From Bryobacteraceae bacterium (GTDB lineage Bacteria > Acidobacteriota > Terriglobia > Bryobacterales > Bryobacteraceae), in the NCBI GenBank assembly GCA_050008815.1, contig JBEKLW010000001.1, positions 1 through 27,472 of the forward strand: a DNA stretch of 27,472 nt, written 5' to 3'. Below the pieces are notes generated by a model that ran no database searches, had not been told where the DNA came from, and was given only the letters and a program-made list of their open reading frames with translations. Shown here in pieces: positions 1-7,192 of this stretch; the first letter of the stretch is position 1; every line of letters starts with the position of its first letter. A program made the position numbers and the translations under genes.

Positions 1-1
1 C

Positions 2-421
2 GTGCCCGGGCATGTCGATTTCATCCGCAACATGGTGGCGGGCGCGCACGGCGTGGACGTCGTCATCTTTGTGGTCGCCGCCGACGACGGCATCATGCCG
101 CAGACGCACGAGCACCTGCACATTCTCACGCTGATGGGGCTGCGCCATGGGCTGGTGGCGCTGACCAAGATCGACCTGGTCGAGCCGCCGCGGCGCCAGG
201 CGGTCAGCGAGGACCTGCGGCGGCTGCTGGGCGGCACTTTCCTGGCCAACGCCCCGCTCTGCCCGCTCTCCAACCTCACCGGCGAAGGCTTCGACGGCTT
301 CTTCGACGCGCTGACTAGCGGACATCTCGGGTATTGGGGTCCGCTCTCTTCGCCCAAGACGGTCAACAACGGCGACGGCTTCAAGGTGAACAGCGGAAAT
401 GGGACATTTACGGAAAGTTGA
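2..421 (+). CDS. selB: SelB (selenocysteine-specific elongation factor) GTPase-domain fragment, 5' end outside window; last ~35-40 codons are not SelB (in-frame chimera with a phage protein)
   Basis: VPGHVDFIRNMVAGAHGVDVVIFVVAADDGIMPQTHEH (G3 region) and ALTKIDLV (G4), then GTFLANAPLCPLSNLTGEG. This pattern is SelB rather than EF-Tu. Similarity stops near nt 313 and SelB domains II-IV are absent. Confidence 0.85.
   Translation: MPGHVDFIRNMVAGAHGVDVVIFVVAADDGIMPQTHEHLHILTLMGLRHGLVALTKIDLVEPPRRQAVSEDLRRLLGGTFLANAPLCPLSNLTGEGFDGFFDALTSGHLGYWGPLSSPKTVNNGDGFKVNSGNGTFTES
296..421 (+). other. C-terminal fragment of a small phage virion/tail protein
   Basis: GFFDALTSGHLGYWGPLSSPKTVNNGDGFKVNSGNGTFTES resembles the common phage virion-protein ending G-x-x-DA-x-T-x-G-N-L-L-x-W-G-x-L-x-x-x-K-T-x-x-x-GD (recalled pattern). 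The stop is 5 nt before the next structural gene. Confidence 0.65.
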
Positions 422-426
422 CGTAG

Positions 427-903
427 ATGGCCTCCATTAAATCTCAATATGGTGCCTCGAACCAGGCGATCACCTGCACCTTCACCAGCCTGGCCAACAA
501 CGGCCAGCGGCAATCGGCCGCGGTGGACAACACCAGCGACCTGTTCCTGGATGCGCTGGTGCAGCTCAAGGTCAAGGCCGGCGGCTCCGGGGTGTCCTCG
601 ACCGGCTGCGTGAACATCTACGCCTACGGCACCGCGGACTCGGGCAGCGATTACTCGGACGGCGCTTCGGGGTCCGACGCTTCCATCACACTGACGACTC
701 CACCCAACATGCGGCTGATCGGCGTCGTCAACGTGGTGGCCAATTCGACGACCTACGTTTCGCCGCCGTTCTCCGTGGCTGCGGCGTTCGGGGGGATTCT
801 GCCAGACCACTGGGGGATCGTGATCGAGAACCTGACCGGAGCGGCGCTGGACGGTTCGGTCGGTTCGGCGTGGTATCAGGGAGTCTACAACCAGGCGGTA
901 TAG
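427..903 (+). CDS. Phage virion structural protein (158 aa, beta-rich)
   Basis: Ser/Thr/Gly/Ala-rich beta-type sequence (SAAVDNTSDLFLDALVQLKV), tightly packed between structural genes. Confidence 0.7.
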   Translation: MASIKSQYGASNQAITCTFTSLANNGQRQSAAVDNTSDLFLDALVQLKVKAGGSGVSSTGCVNIYAYGTADSGSDYSDGASGSDASITLTTPPNMRLIGVVNVVANSTTYVSPPFSVAAAFGGILPDHWGIVIENLTGAALDGSVGSAWYQGVYNQAV

Positions 904-906
904 ATC

Positions 907-1896
907 ATGGCATATCGGCAATTCGTCAACTCAGCCAACCCGGCGACCACGCTTTCCAGTTCGTACACGTCCGGGGCATCGAGCATGTCCGTGGGGTCTG
1001 TCGCCAACCTCCCGAGCGCTGGCGATTTCATCATCCTGGTGGATTCCGAGTTCTTCTTGGTCAGTGCCATCGCCGGATCGGGGCCTTGCACGCTCACGGT
1101 AGCCGGCGCCCAGGAGGGATCGAGCGCCGCCAACCATTCCTCGGGCGCGAATGTGTACTGCATCCTCACGGCAGGCACGCTGGCACAGGTCCTCGCCGAT
1201 ATGTCACAGAGCGGCGCCTATGCCAGTCTGCCCGCGGCGGGGCCGCGAGCTGGAGCGTGCTACAGGTCGAGTGACGCGCCCTATGAATTCCTCTGGAACG
1301 GCTCGGCTTGGAATGCTTTCTTTCAGGGATACCCGGTCACCATTCCCCCTTTGGTTTCGGCTTTCAGTTGGGTGAATCAAGGCGCCTCGACTGCCAACAA
1401 TACCTCCGGGGGCCTGTACGTCCAGGCCCCCATTGGGGCCGGTGACAACAAGAGGATGCTGCTGAAGGCGCTGCCCACCACGCCGTGGTCGATCGTAGTC
1501 GGGCTTCTGCCCCAATTCTTCGCCGTCAATTACTGTTCGGGCGGCCTGGTGGTGCGCGACAGCGGATCAGGCAAACTTATCACCATTGCGCTCCTCACGA
1601 ACAGCTCCAACGGCGGCCTGGGCTTCAGCGTCGATTACTATAATTCACCCACCAACTACAGCTCAACCCCATTTACAGAGAACGCTGTCACCTGTCCAGT
1701 CTTCTTCAAGCTCCGTGACGACGGCGCAAACTTCACCTGGTCGCTCTCCCGGGACGGGGTGAATTGGTCGCAGATCTGGCAAGCGAGCCGTACGGCATTT
1801 TTGGCCAGTCCAGACCAGTTTGGACTCGAAGTGGACAGCAACAACGCGGCGATCGCGGGAACGCTTTACTGCTTCCACTGGCTGCAAGGCACGTAG
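907..1896 (+). CDS. Phage tail fibre/virion protein with C-terminal concanavalin A-like (lectin) domain (329 aa)
   Basis: N-terminal SSYTSGASSMSVGSVANLPSAGDFIILVDSE...GAQEGSSAANHSSGANV is typical of tail-protein N-termini. C-terminal VFFKLRDDGANFTWSLSRDGVNW is a ConA-like beta-sandwich signature. Confidence 0.7.
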   Translation: MAYRQFVNSANPATTLSSSYTSGASSMSVGSVANLPSAGDFIILVDSEFFLVSAIAGSGPCTLTVAGAQEGSSAANHSSGANVYCILTAGTLAQVLADMSQSGAYASLPAAGPRAGACYRSSDAPYEFLWNGSAWNAFFQGYPVTIPPLVSAFSWVNQGASTANNTSGGLYVQAPIGAGDNKRMLLKALPTTPWSIVVGLLPQFFAVNYCSGGLVVRDSGSGKLITIALLTNSSNGGLGFSVDYYNSPTNYSSTPFTENAVTCPVFFKLRDDGANFTWSLSRDGVNWSQIWQASRTAFLASPDQFGLEVDSNNAAIAGTLYCFHWLQGT

Positions 1897-1902
1897 CATG
1901 TC

Positions 1903-3501
1903 ATGGCCTTCACTCCGACCGGCATACTTGGGGACCTCGGCGCCAACCTGGGTGAATTGGTCCTCGGAACCTACGAGGCGATTGAGAATGTATTTATCGC
2001 CTCCGGTGTTGGGACCGCGGCCTTTCAGTTCGTCGAACCTCCTGCCGCCTTCACTCCGACCGGCATACTCGGAGACCTGAACGCCAACCTCGGCGAATTC
2101 ATCCTCGGCACGTTCCAAGTGCCGGTGGTGCCCCCGATCTCGGGCAGTTCCTTCGCGGCGGCCGGTTCGGCAGCGGTTTCGCTCGCCGGCGCCCACGTGT
2201 GGAGCGGGAAGGTCGCCGCCGCGGGCGCCGCGGCGACGTCGGCCCTTGGCGCGAGGGTGCAGTTCGGCCAGTTCGCGGCCGCCGGCTCGAGCGCGATCAC
2301 GGAACTGGACGGGAGCGGCCAGCGCAGCGGCGTCTTCAGCGCTGCGGGGAAGTCGAGCCTCAGCCTCGTCTCCGGGCAGTACGGTTACCGGCTGATCCCG
2401 CGCCGCCTAGGCCGTTGGGAAAAGCCGCCGGTTGGTACCCAGATTGAGGGGGGCGCGCCACTCGCCAAGGATCTGCGCATCGCGGCACTCATCAACGAGG
2501 GCGGCGGTCGGAATTTGTGGAACGCGGTAGGCTTGGTGGCCGCTTTTCTCCAAGGAGGATACTCTCCTGCTCGCGGCGCGGATGGCTTCGGGCCGTGGGC
2601 CTACTATCCTTCCAGTGACAACGCCTGGTCCTTCGGTGCCGGGGCGGTGCTTGCTTGTCCCGGCTCGGTGAGTGCGGCGGTAGTATGTGACGTTCCGGGT
2701 GATCTCGAGTTCGGGCCGCTTCTGTTCGCAAGGGGCACAATCACCTCGTGCTATTACGGCAGCCCCGTGGCTTCGGGCGATTGGGGCATCTACGGCGCGC
2801 GCGGTCCCGCTCCCAATTACACGCCTTACCTGGGCGTCTGGATCGACACAGCAGCAGGCCAGCAGTATCTCACGTTCAGTGTTCCTCCGTCTCCGGCGCT
2901 GATCGGGTTCACTTACGACGGAGCGACGCTGATAGCCTACGTCAACGGCCAGAGGGTCGCCAGCAGCACGATCAATTGGCCGCTGGTAACGGGCTCCTAT
3001 GCGCTTCTGTTGGGCGGAGAGGCTTCGGGAGTCAACCAGTGCTGGAACGTCCGGCTCTACGCGGCCTACTTGTGGGGCCGCGCTCTCTCGCCTTCAGAGA
3101 TGCAGCAGCTCTGGGAGCGGCCGTACACCTCCCTCACCGTTCCGTTACGGCGATGGGTGGCGATCGCACCGCCTTCAGGGGCCCAGTGGCTCGGAAACTT
3201 CCGCGCGGCGGCGAAGGCAACGGCGACGTGGACCGCGGGCGCCAGTGTCGGATCGGAGGTCTTTCGGGCTCTCGGCGTGGGGACTGCGGAGTGGAATGCA
3301 GCCCGAGAAACCACTGGCGAATTCTCGGCCCACGGAAGGGCCACGGCTGCGTGGGACGCGGCGCCTTACCTCAGCGGCAGCTTCGAATGCGATGGCCAGG
3401 CAGCGGCGGAGTTTGTCGGATCGCTTGATGCGCAACCCTATACCTGCTTGACAGCGGGTGACGGCTTGGCCGAGGGCAGCGTCGAGAACTTCGTGTACTG
3501 A
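1903..3501 (+). CDS. Phage tail fibre protein with LamG-like domain (532 aa)
   Basis: LIGFTYDGATLIAYVNGQRV...LLLGG...AYLWGRALSPSEMQQLW is a LamG/Laminin_G_3-type signature, flanked by ~20-aa Ala/Gly repeats. Confidence 0.8.
   Translation: MAFTPTGILGDLGANLGELVLGTYEAIENVFIASGVGTAAFQFVEPPAAFTPTGILGDLNANLGEFILGTFQVPVVPPISGSSFAAAGSAAVSLAGAHVWSGKVAAAGAAATSALGARVQFGQFAAAGSSAITELDGSGQRSGVFSAAGKSSLSLVSGQYGYRLIPRRLGRWEKPPVGTQIEGGAPLAKDLRIAALINEGGGRNLWNAVGLVAAFLQGGYSPARGADGFGPWAYYPSSDNAWSFGAGAVLACPGSVSAAVVCDVPGDLEFGPLLFARGTITSCYYGSPVASGDWGIYGARGPAPNYTPYLGVWIDTAAGQQYLTFSVPPSPALIGFTYDGATLIAYVNGQRVASSTINWPLVTGSYALLLGGEASGVNQCWNVRLYAAYLWGRALSPSEMQQLWERPYTSLTVPLRRWVAIAPPSGAQWLGNFRAAAKATATWTAGASVGSEVFRALGVGTAEWNAARETTGEFSAHGRATAAWDAAPYLSGSFECDGQAAAEFVGSLDAQPYTCLTAGDGLAEGSVENFVY
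1906..2112 (+). repeat. Duplicated 22-codon motif at the N-terminus of the tail fibre
   Basis: Identical 23-mer GCCTTCACTCCGACCGGCATACT at 1906-1928 and 2047-2069; protein AFTPTGILGDLGANLGELVLGT versus AFTPTGILGDLNANLGEFILGT. Confidence 0.9.
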
Positions 3502-3815
3502 CCCCGGGAGAAGAAGTGTAGAGGCGTAGGCTGCGGCATCGGCACGAAAGGCGGCGATTTCCCAATCCAGTAGGAGTCCCTGATTCGCCGGAGCACACCG
3601 TCCCCGTAGTCGAAGGAGTAACCAAGCACCCTCCCGTCGGGACCAATGGCCCATTCTTCGCGGGTGTTTTTCTGGAAACCCTCGAACGCAATCGTAAGCC
3701 GAGGTCTCGGAATCGAGATCAGCTTCTTGCCTGGCACCCATAAAAGCCTTTCGGGATCAAGCACCGCAGTAGCAGCCACGCCGGCAAGCACGGCGAAGAA
3801 TCCGCGGCGGTTCAT
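3438..3815 (-). CDS. Hypothetical protein with twin-arginine (Tat)-like N-terminus (125 aa from ATG at 3815)
   Basis: MNRRGFFAVLAGVAATAVLDPERLLWVPGKKLISIP: RRxFF motif plus hydrophobic h-region. It fills the 3502-3830 gap between + strand genes and overlaps the upstream gene end by 64 nt. Confidence 0.6.
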   Translation of the reverse strand: MNRRGFFAVLAGVAATAVLDPERLLWVPGKKLISIPRPRLTIAFEGFQKNTREEWAIGPDGRVLGYSFDYGDGVLRRIRDSYWIGKSPPFVPMPQPTPLHFFSRGQYTKFSTLPSAKPSPAVKQV

Positions 3816-3830
3816 TTCTTCAGTATAGCC

Positions 3831-4298
3831 ATGGGCACCATCCAACTCGAACGGACCACGGATTATCGTCTGCTCACTGCTCTGTTGCGGGGGCACGCGG
3901 AACTTTACTACTGGATCTCCGACGACTTCTCGCCATCACTCGAGGAGGCGTCGATCATCGAGCATCCGGATCTCTGGTATGTCCTGGCGCGCGACCCCGA
4001 CGGCGACCTGATGGGATTCTTCCGCCTGGCGCCGCAGACCGGAATCTGCTGGGAGTTGCACACGGTCATGCGCCTGAACGGAAAGGCGCTCGAAGCCATG
4101 AAAGCGCTCTTCGAGTGGCTGTGGCAGCGGACCAAAATCGTGCGCATCGTGACCAACATGCCGAGTTTCAACCGCGTGGCCCAACGCTTCGCCAGGAGAG
4201 CGGGGCTGAGGCAGTACGGGCTGAACGAGAAGAGTTACAGGAAAGACGGGCAGAACCATGACCAGATCCTTTTCGGCATCACCCGCCCAGGAGTATAG
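3831..4298 (+). CDS. P22 gp14-like (DUF2824-type, GNAT-fold) virion assembly protein (155 aa)
   Basis: WELHTVMR...ALEAMKALFEWLWQRTKIVRIVTNMPSFNRVAQRFARRAGLRQYGLNEKSYRKDGQNHDQILFGITR is a RimJ/GNAT-type C-terminus. It lies directly before the ejection genes, like P22 gene 14. Confidence 0.75.
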   Translation: MGTIQLERTTDYRLLTALLRGHAELYYWISDDFSPSLEEASIIEHPDLWYVLARDPDGDLMGFFRLAPQTGICWELHTVMRLNGKALEAMKALFEWLWQRTKIVRIVTNMPSFNRVAQRFARRAGLRQYGLNEKSYRKDGQNHDQILFGITRPGV

Positions 4299-4301
4299 AC
4301 C

Positions 4302-5570
4302 ATGCCACTTTTAGCCGCAGGCATCATGGCCGGCGGGAGCATCATCAGCGGCCTGATCGGATCGAGTTCCGCCAAGAGCGCCGCCAAGACCCAGGCCGCT
4401 GCCGGCCAAGCCGTGGCCGGCTCGATCAACCAGGCGACGGGCGGCGCCATCAATGCCGGCTATGCCGGCATTACGCAGGCCAACCAGGCGCTCAATCAGG
4501 GACTCTACGGCGCAAACCAGGCCATCGGCGCCGGAGTTCTGCAAGCCCAGGGAGCCATCTCCCCAGCCGTGCAGCAAGCGCAGCAAGCGGCGGCAGAGGG
4601 GATGCAAGGCGCGGGGCAGTATATCGCGGGCGGAGTACAGGGCGCAGGCCAGTACCTCACCGGAGCGCAACAGCAGCAGGCCGGAATCTACAACCAACTC
4701 ACCGGCGGCATTCAGCCCTATCAGCAAGCCGGCACGCAGGGCGTCCAGCAGCTTCAGAATTTCATGGCCCCTGGCGGCCAGGGCTCTCAGCAATTCTCGT
4801 TCAATCCGCAGAATCTTCAGAACACCCCCGGCTACCAGTTTCAGTTGCAGCAAGGCAACCAGGCGCTCCAATCCCAGGCCGCGGCTGCAGGAATGCTGCA
4901 ATCGGGCAGCAACCTCAAAGCCATCGAGAACTACTCGCAGGGTCTCGCCGGAACCACCTACAACAACGCCTACAACCAAGCGCTGCAAACCTACCAGACC
5001 AACTACGGCAACCAGCTTCAGGGTCTCTCCGCTCTGGCCAACTACGGCCAGAACGCCAACTCGCAAATGGTCAGCGCGGGCGGCAATTACGGCAACCAGG
5101 CCGGTCAAATTGCCGGACTCGGCACCAGCGCGCAGATGCAGGGCGCGAGCCTCGGGGCCCAGACGGCTATGCAAGGCGCGGGTCTCATCGGCGGCCAGGC
5201 CATGCAGGGCGCGGGCCTGTTGTCGAATACCTCGATGCAAGGCGCGCAGATGCTCTCCAACGCTCAGCTTGGCGTCGGGAGCCAGCTTGCCAACACCGCC
5301 ATGCAGGGCAACCAGTACATCGGCAATGTCGGACTGACAGGCGCGGAAGCCGCCGGCAACGCTTATTTGGGCGCGGCCAATGCCACCTCAGCCGGACAGA
5401 TTGGCTCGGGTAATGCCTGGCAGAATGCCATCGGCGGCGTGACCAACGCGGCGCAGATGTACGGGCTCAGTGCGATGCAGAACCCCTATGGTCTCTACGG
5501 TGGGGGAAGCTACAACCCTTACGCCGTTTCTGGTTACTCTCCGTACAGCGGTGAAGGGACCATGGGATAA
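4302..5570 (+). CDS. DNA transfer/ejection protein, P22 gp7-like (422 aa)
   Basis: Gly/Ala/Gln-rich with hydrophobic N-terminus GGSIISGLIGSSSAKSAAKTQ and core LQNTPGYQFQLQQGNQALQSQAAAAGMLQSGSNLKAIENYSQGLA typical of phage DNA-transfer proteins; synteny after the gp14-like gene. Confidence 0.8.
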   Translation: MPLLAAGIMAGGSIISGLIGSSSAKSAAKTQAAAGQAVAGSINQATGGAINAGYAGITQANQALNQGLYGANQAIGAGVLQAQGAISPAVQQAQQAAAEGMQGAGQYIAGGVQGAGQYLTGAQQQQAGIYNQLTGGIQPYQQAGTQGVQQLQNFMAPGGQGSQQFSFNPQNLQNTPGYQFQLQQGNQALQSQAAAAGMLQSGSNLKAIENYSQGLAGTTYNNAYNQALQTYQTNYGNQLQGLSALANYGQNANSQMVSAGGNYGNQAGQIAGLGTSAQMQGASLGAQTAMQGAGLIGGQAMQGAGLLSNTSMQGAQMLSNAQLGVGSQLANTAMQGNQYIGNVGLTGAEAAGNAYLGAANATSAGQIGSGNAWQNAIGGVTNAAQMYGLSAMQNPYGLYGGGSYNPYAVSGYSPYSGEGTMG

Positions 5571-5576
5571 ACCACC

Positions 5577-7154
5577 ATGCCACTCGATCCCAACATCATC
5601 CTCGCGGGACGCCCGGCTCCCATCGAAAATCCGATGCAGATGTACAGCCAGATGCTGTCCGCGCGCGCTCTTCAGCAGCAGAGCGCCATCCAACAGCAGC
5701 AGGCCCAGCAGCAGCAGACTCTCTATCCCTACCAGCAGCAGCAGCAGCAAGCGGCTGCTCAAGAAGCGCAGATTCGCGTCCGCCAGGCTCAGCAGGCACA
5801 GCAGGACCAGCAAGCAATCGGCGAAGCTCTCCGGCGCCAGGCGCAGGCCACGCCGGACGGGCAGTTCCAAGGAACAGGGGACGATGCCATTTACCGGCAG
5901 GCCCCTCCGGGTACGGGCGCGGATGCCATCGAACGCGACGCCCCGAAGGGCACGGGCACAGATCAGGGCATCTACCGGCAACTTCCTGCCACGGGTGGCG
6001 GCGCACCCGCTTACGGCTCGCACCCCATCGACCTGATGAAGGCCGGAGAGGATGCCTTCAACAGCGGAGGTCTGTCCTACGCTGGGTACGCCGAATACCA
6101 GAAGCAAGTGCTCGCTCACCGGCAGGAGCTCGCCAAGACGTCGACGGAAGAGCTGAAGGCCACCAACGCGCGGCACGATGAATACCTTGGCAGGCTGGCG
6201 GCATTTCGTAGCGAGTCCCCCGAATACCAGCAGAACAACTGGAAGAACTTCAACCAGCAAGCCTACACCGACGGACTTTTGAACTCCTCGGAGTACTCTG
6301 CCACCATCAGCCAGCATCCGGAGTTACCTGATTCTCAGACGTTGGACGCCTACCAACTCGGGATGCAGACCCTGAGCGGCCAGCAGGCGGCGGCACTCAA
6401 GCTACAACAGGCGAACACGGCCAAAGCGCGCCAAACGGCTGCGGAATCGGCAGCGAAAATCAGTGCGGCGAAACTGCCCGAGGTCCAGGCCCAGGCCGAT
6501 CAGGCGGTGCGCGCCAACCAGACGGCCATCCTGGCCACAGCGACCGACGCCGACGATTACGAAGCCAAGCTGGCACAGTTGCCGCCCGGCGATGCGGCCA
6601 AGTACGGCTATCCCGACCCTGAGGATTGGGACCCGAAGCAGACGCCGGCTCAACTGAGGCAGATGGGGCAAACGTCCGAACAGCAGGTGACCAGCGGGGC
6701 CACCGCCGCCACCAGGGCGCAAACCGCAGCCCATGAGCAGACCATGGAAGCGCAGGGCTGGCAGCGCATAGCCATCCAGAAGGCGCGCGCCGGCGCCGGC
6801 GGACTCACGCCGGTACAGACCTTGCGGGAGACGGACGCTATCAGCAAACAAGAGTTCGGGCTGCACCAGGAGCGGATCGACATCGGAACCAAGCTCACCG
6901 GCGGCTTTGCCGTCGATAAAAACGGCAATCCAACGAAGACTCCACTGAGCCCACAGTTGCGGGGACAAATACAGGGGCGGCTTCAACTTATCAATGGGCA
7001 ACTCCAGCAGGTCCAGGCGCGCAAGGCGAGCCTCATGGGCGTGACGGCGCCCCCGCAATCCGTGATCGACAACATGCCGGAGGGTCAGCCGGTGAACAGC
7101 CCCGATGGCCACACCTGGAAAAAGCAGGACGGTATCGCCTACTTCGTGCAATAA
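5577..7154 (+). CDS. Second ejection protein, gp20-position (525 aa)
   Basis: MPLDPNIILAGRPAPIENPMQMY start followed by Gln/Ala-rich coiled-coil sequence; located between the gp7-like gene and the giant gene. Assignment is mainly positional. Confidence 0.65.
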   Translation: MPLDPNIILAGRPAPIENPMQMYSQMLSARALQQQSAIQQQQAQQQQTLYPYQQQQQQAAAQEAQIRVRQAQQAQQDQQAIGEALRRQAQATPDGQFQGTGDDAIYRQAPPGTGADAIERDAPKGTGTDQGIYRQLPATGGGAPAYGSHPIDLMKAGEDAFNSGGLSYAGYAEYQKQVLAHRQELAKTSTEELKATNARHDEYLGRLAAFRSESPEYQQNNWKNFNQQAYTDGLLNSSEYSATISQHPELPDSQTLDAYQLGMQTLSGQQAAALKLQQANTAKARQTAAESAAKISAAKLPEVQAQADQAVRANQTAILATATDADDYEAKLAQLPPGDAAKYGYPDPEDWDPKQTPAQLRQMGQTSEQQVTSGATAATRAQTAAHEQTMEAQGWQRIAIQKARAGAGGLTPVQTLRETDAISKQEFGLHQERIDIGTKLTGGFAVDKNGNPTKTPLSPQLRGQIQGRLQLINGQLQQVQARKASLMGVTAPPQSVIDNMPEGQPVNSPDGHTWKKQDGIAYFVQ

Positions 7155-7192
7155 GCCGTTAATCACTCCGACAATCGCCGGATATTCTCCCC

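Noticed and set aside
2-313. EF-Tu or other translation GTPase; or a prophage att site in selB
   Set aside because: MVAGAHGVD/AADDGIMPQT/TKIDLV/GTFL match SelB, not EF-Tu. The junction is in the middle of a structural gene with no integrase nearby, so it is not an att site.
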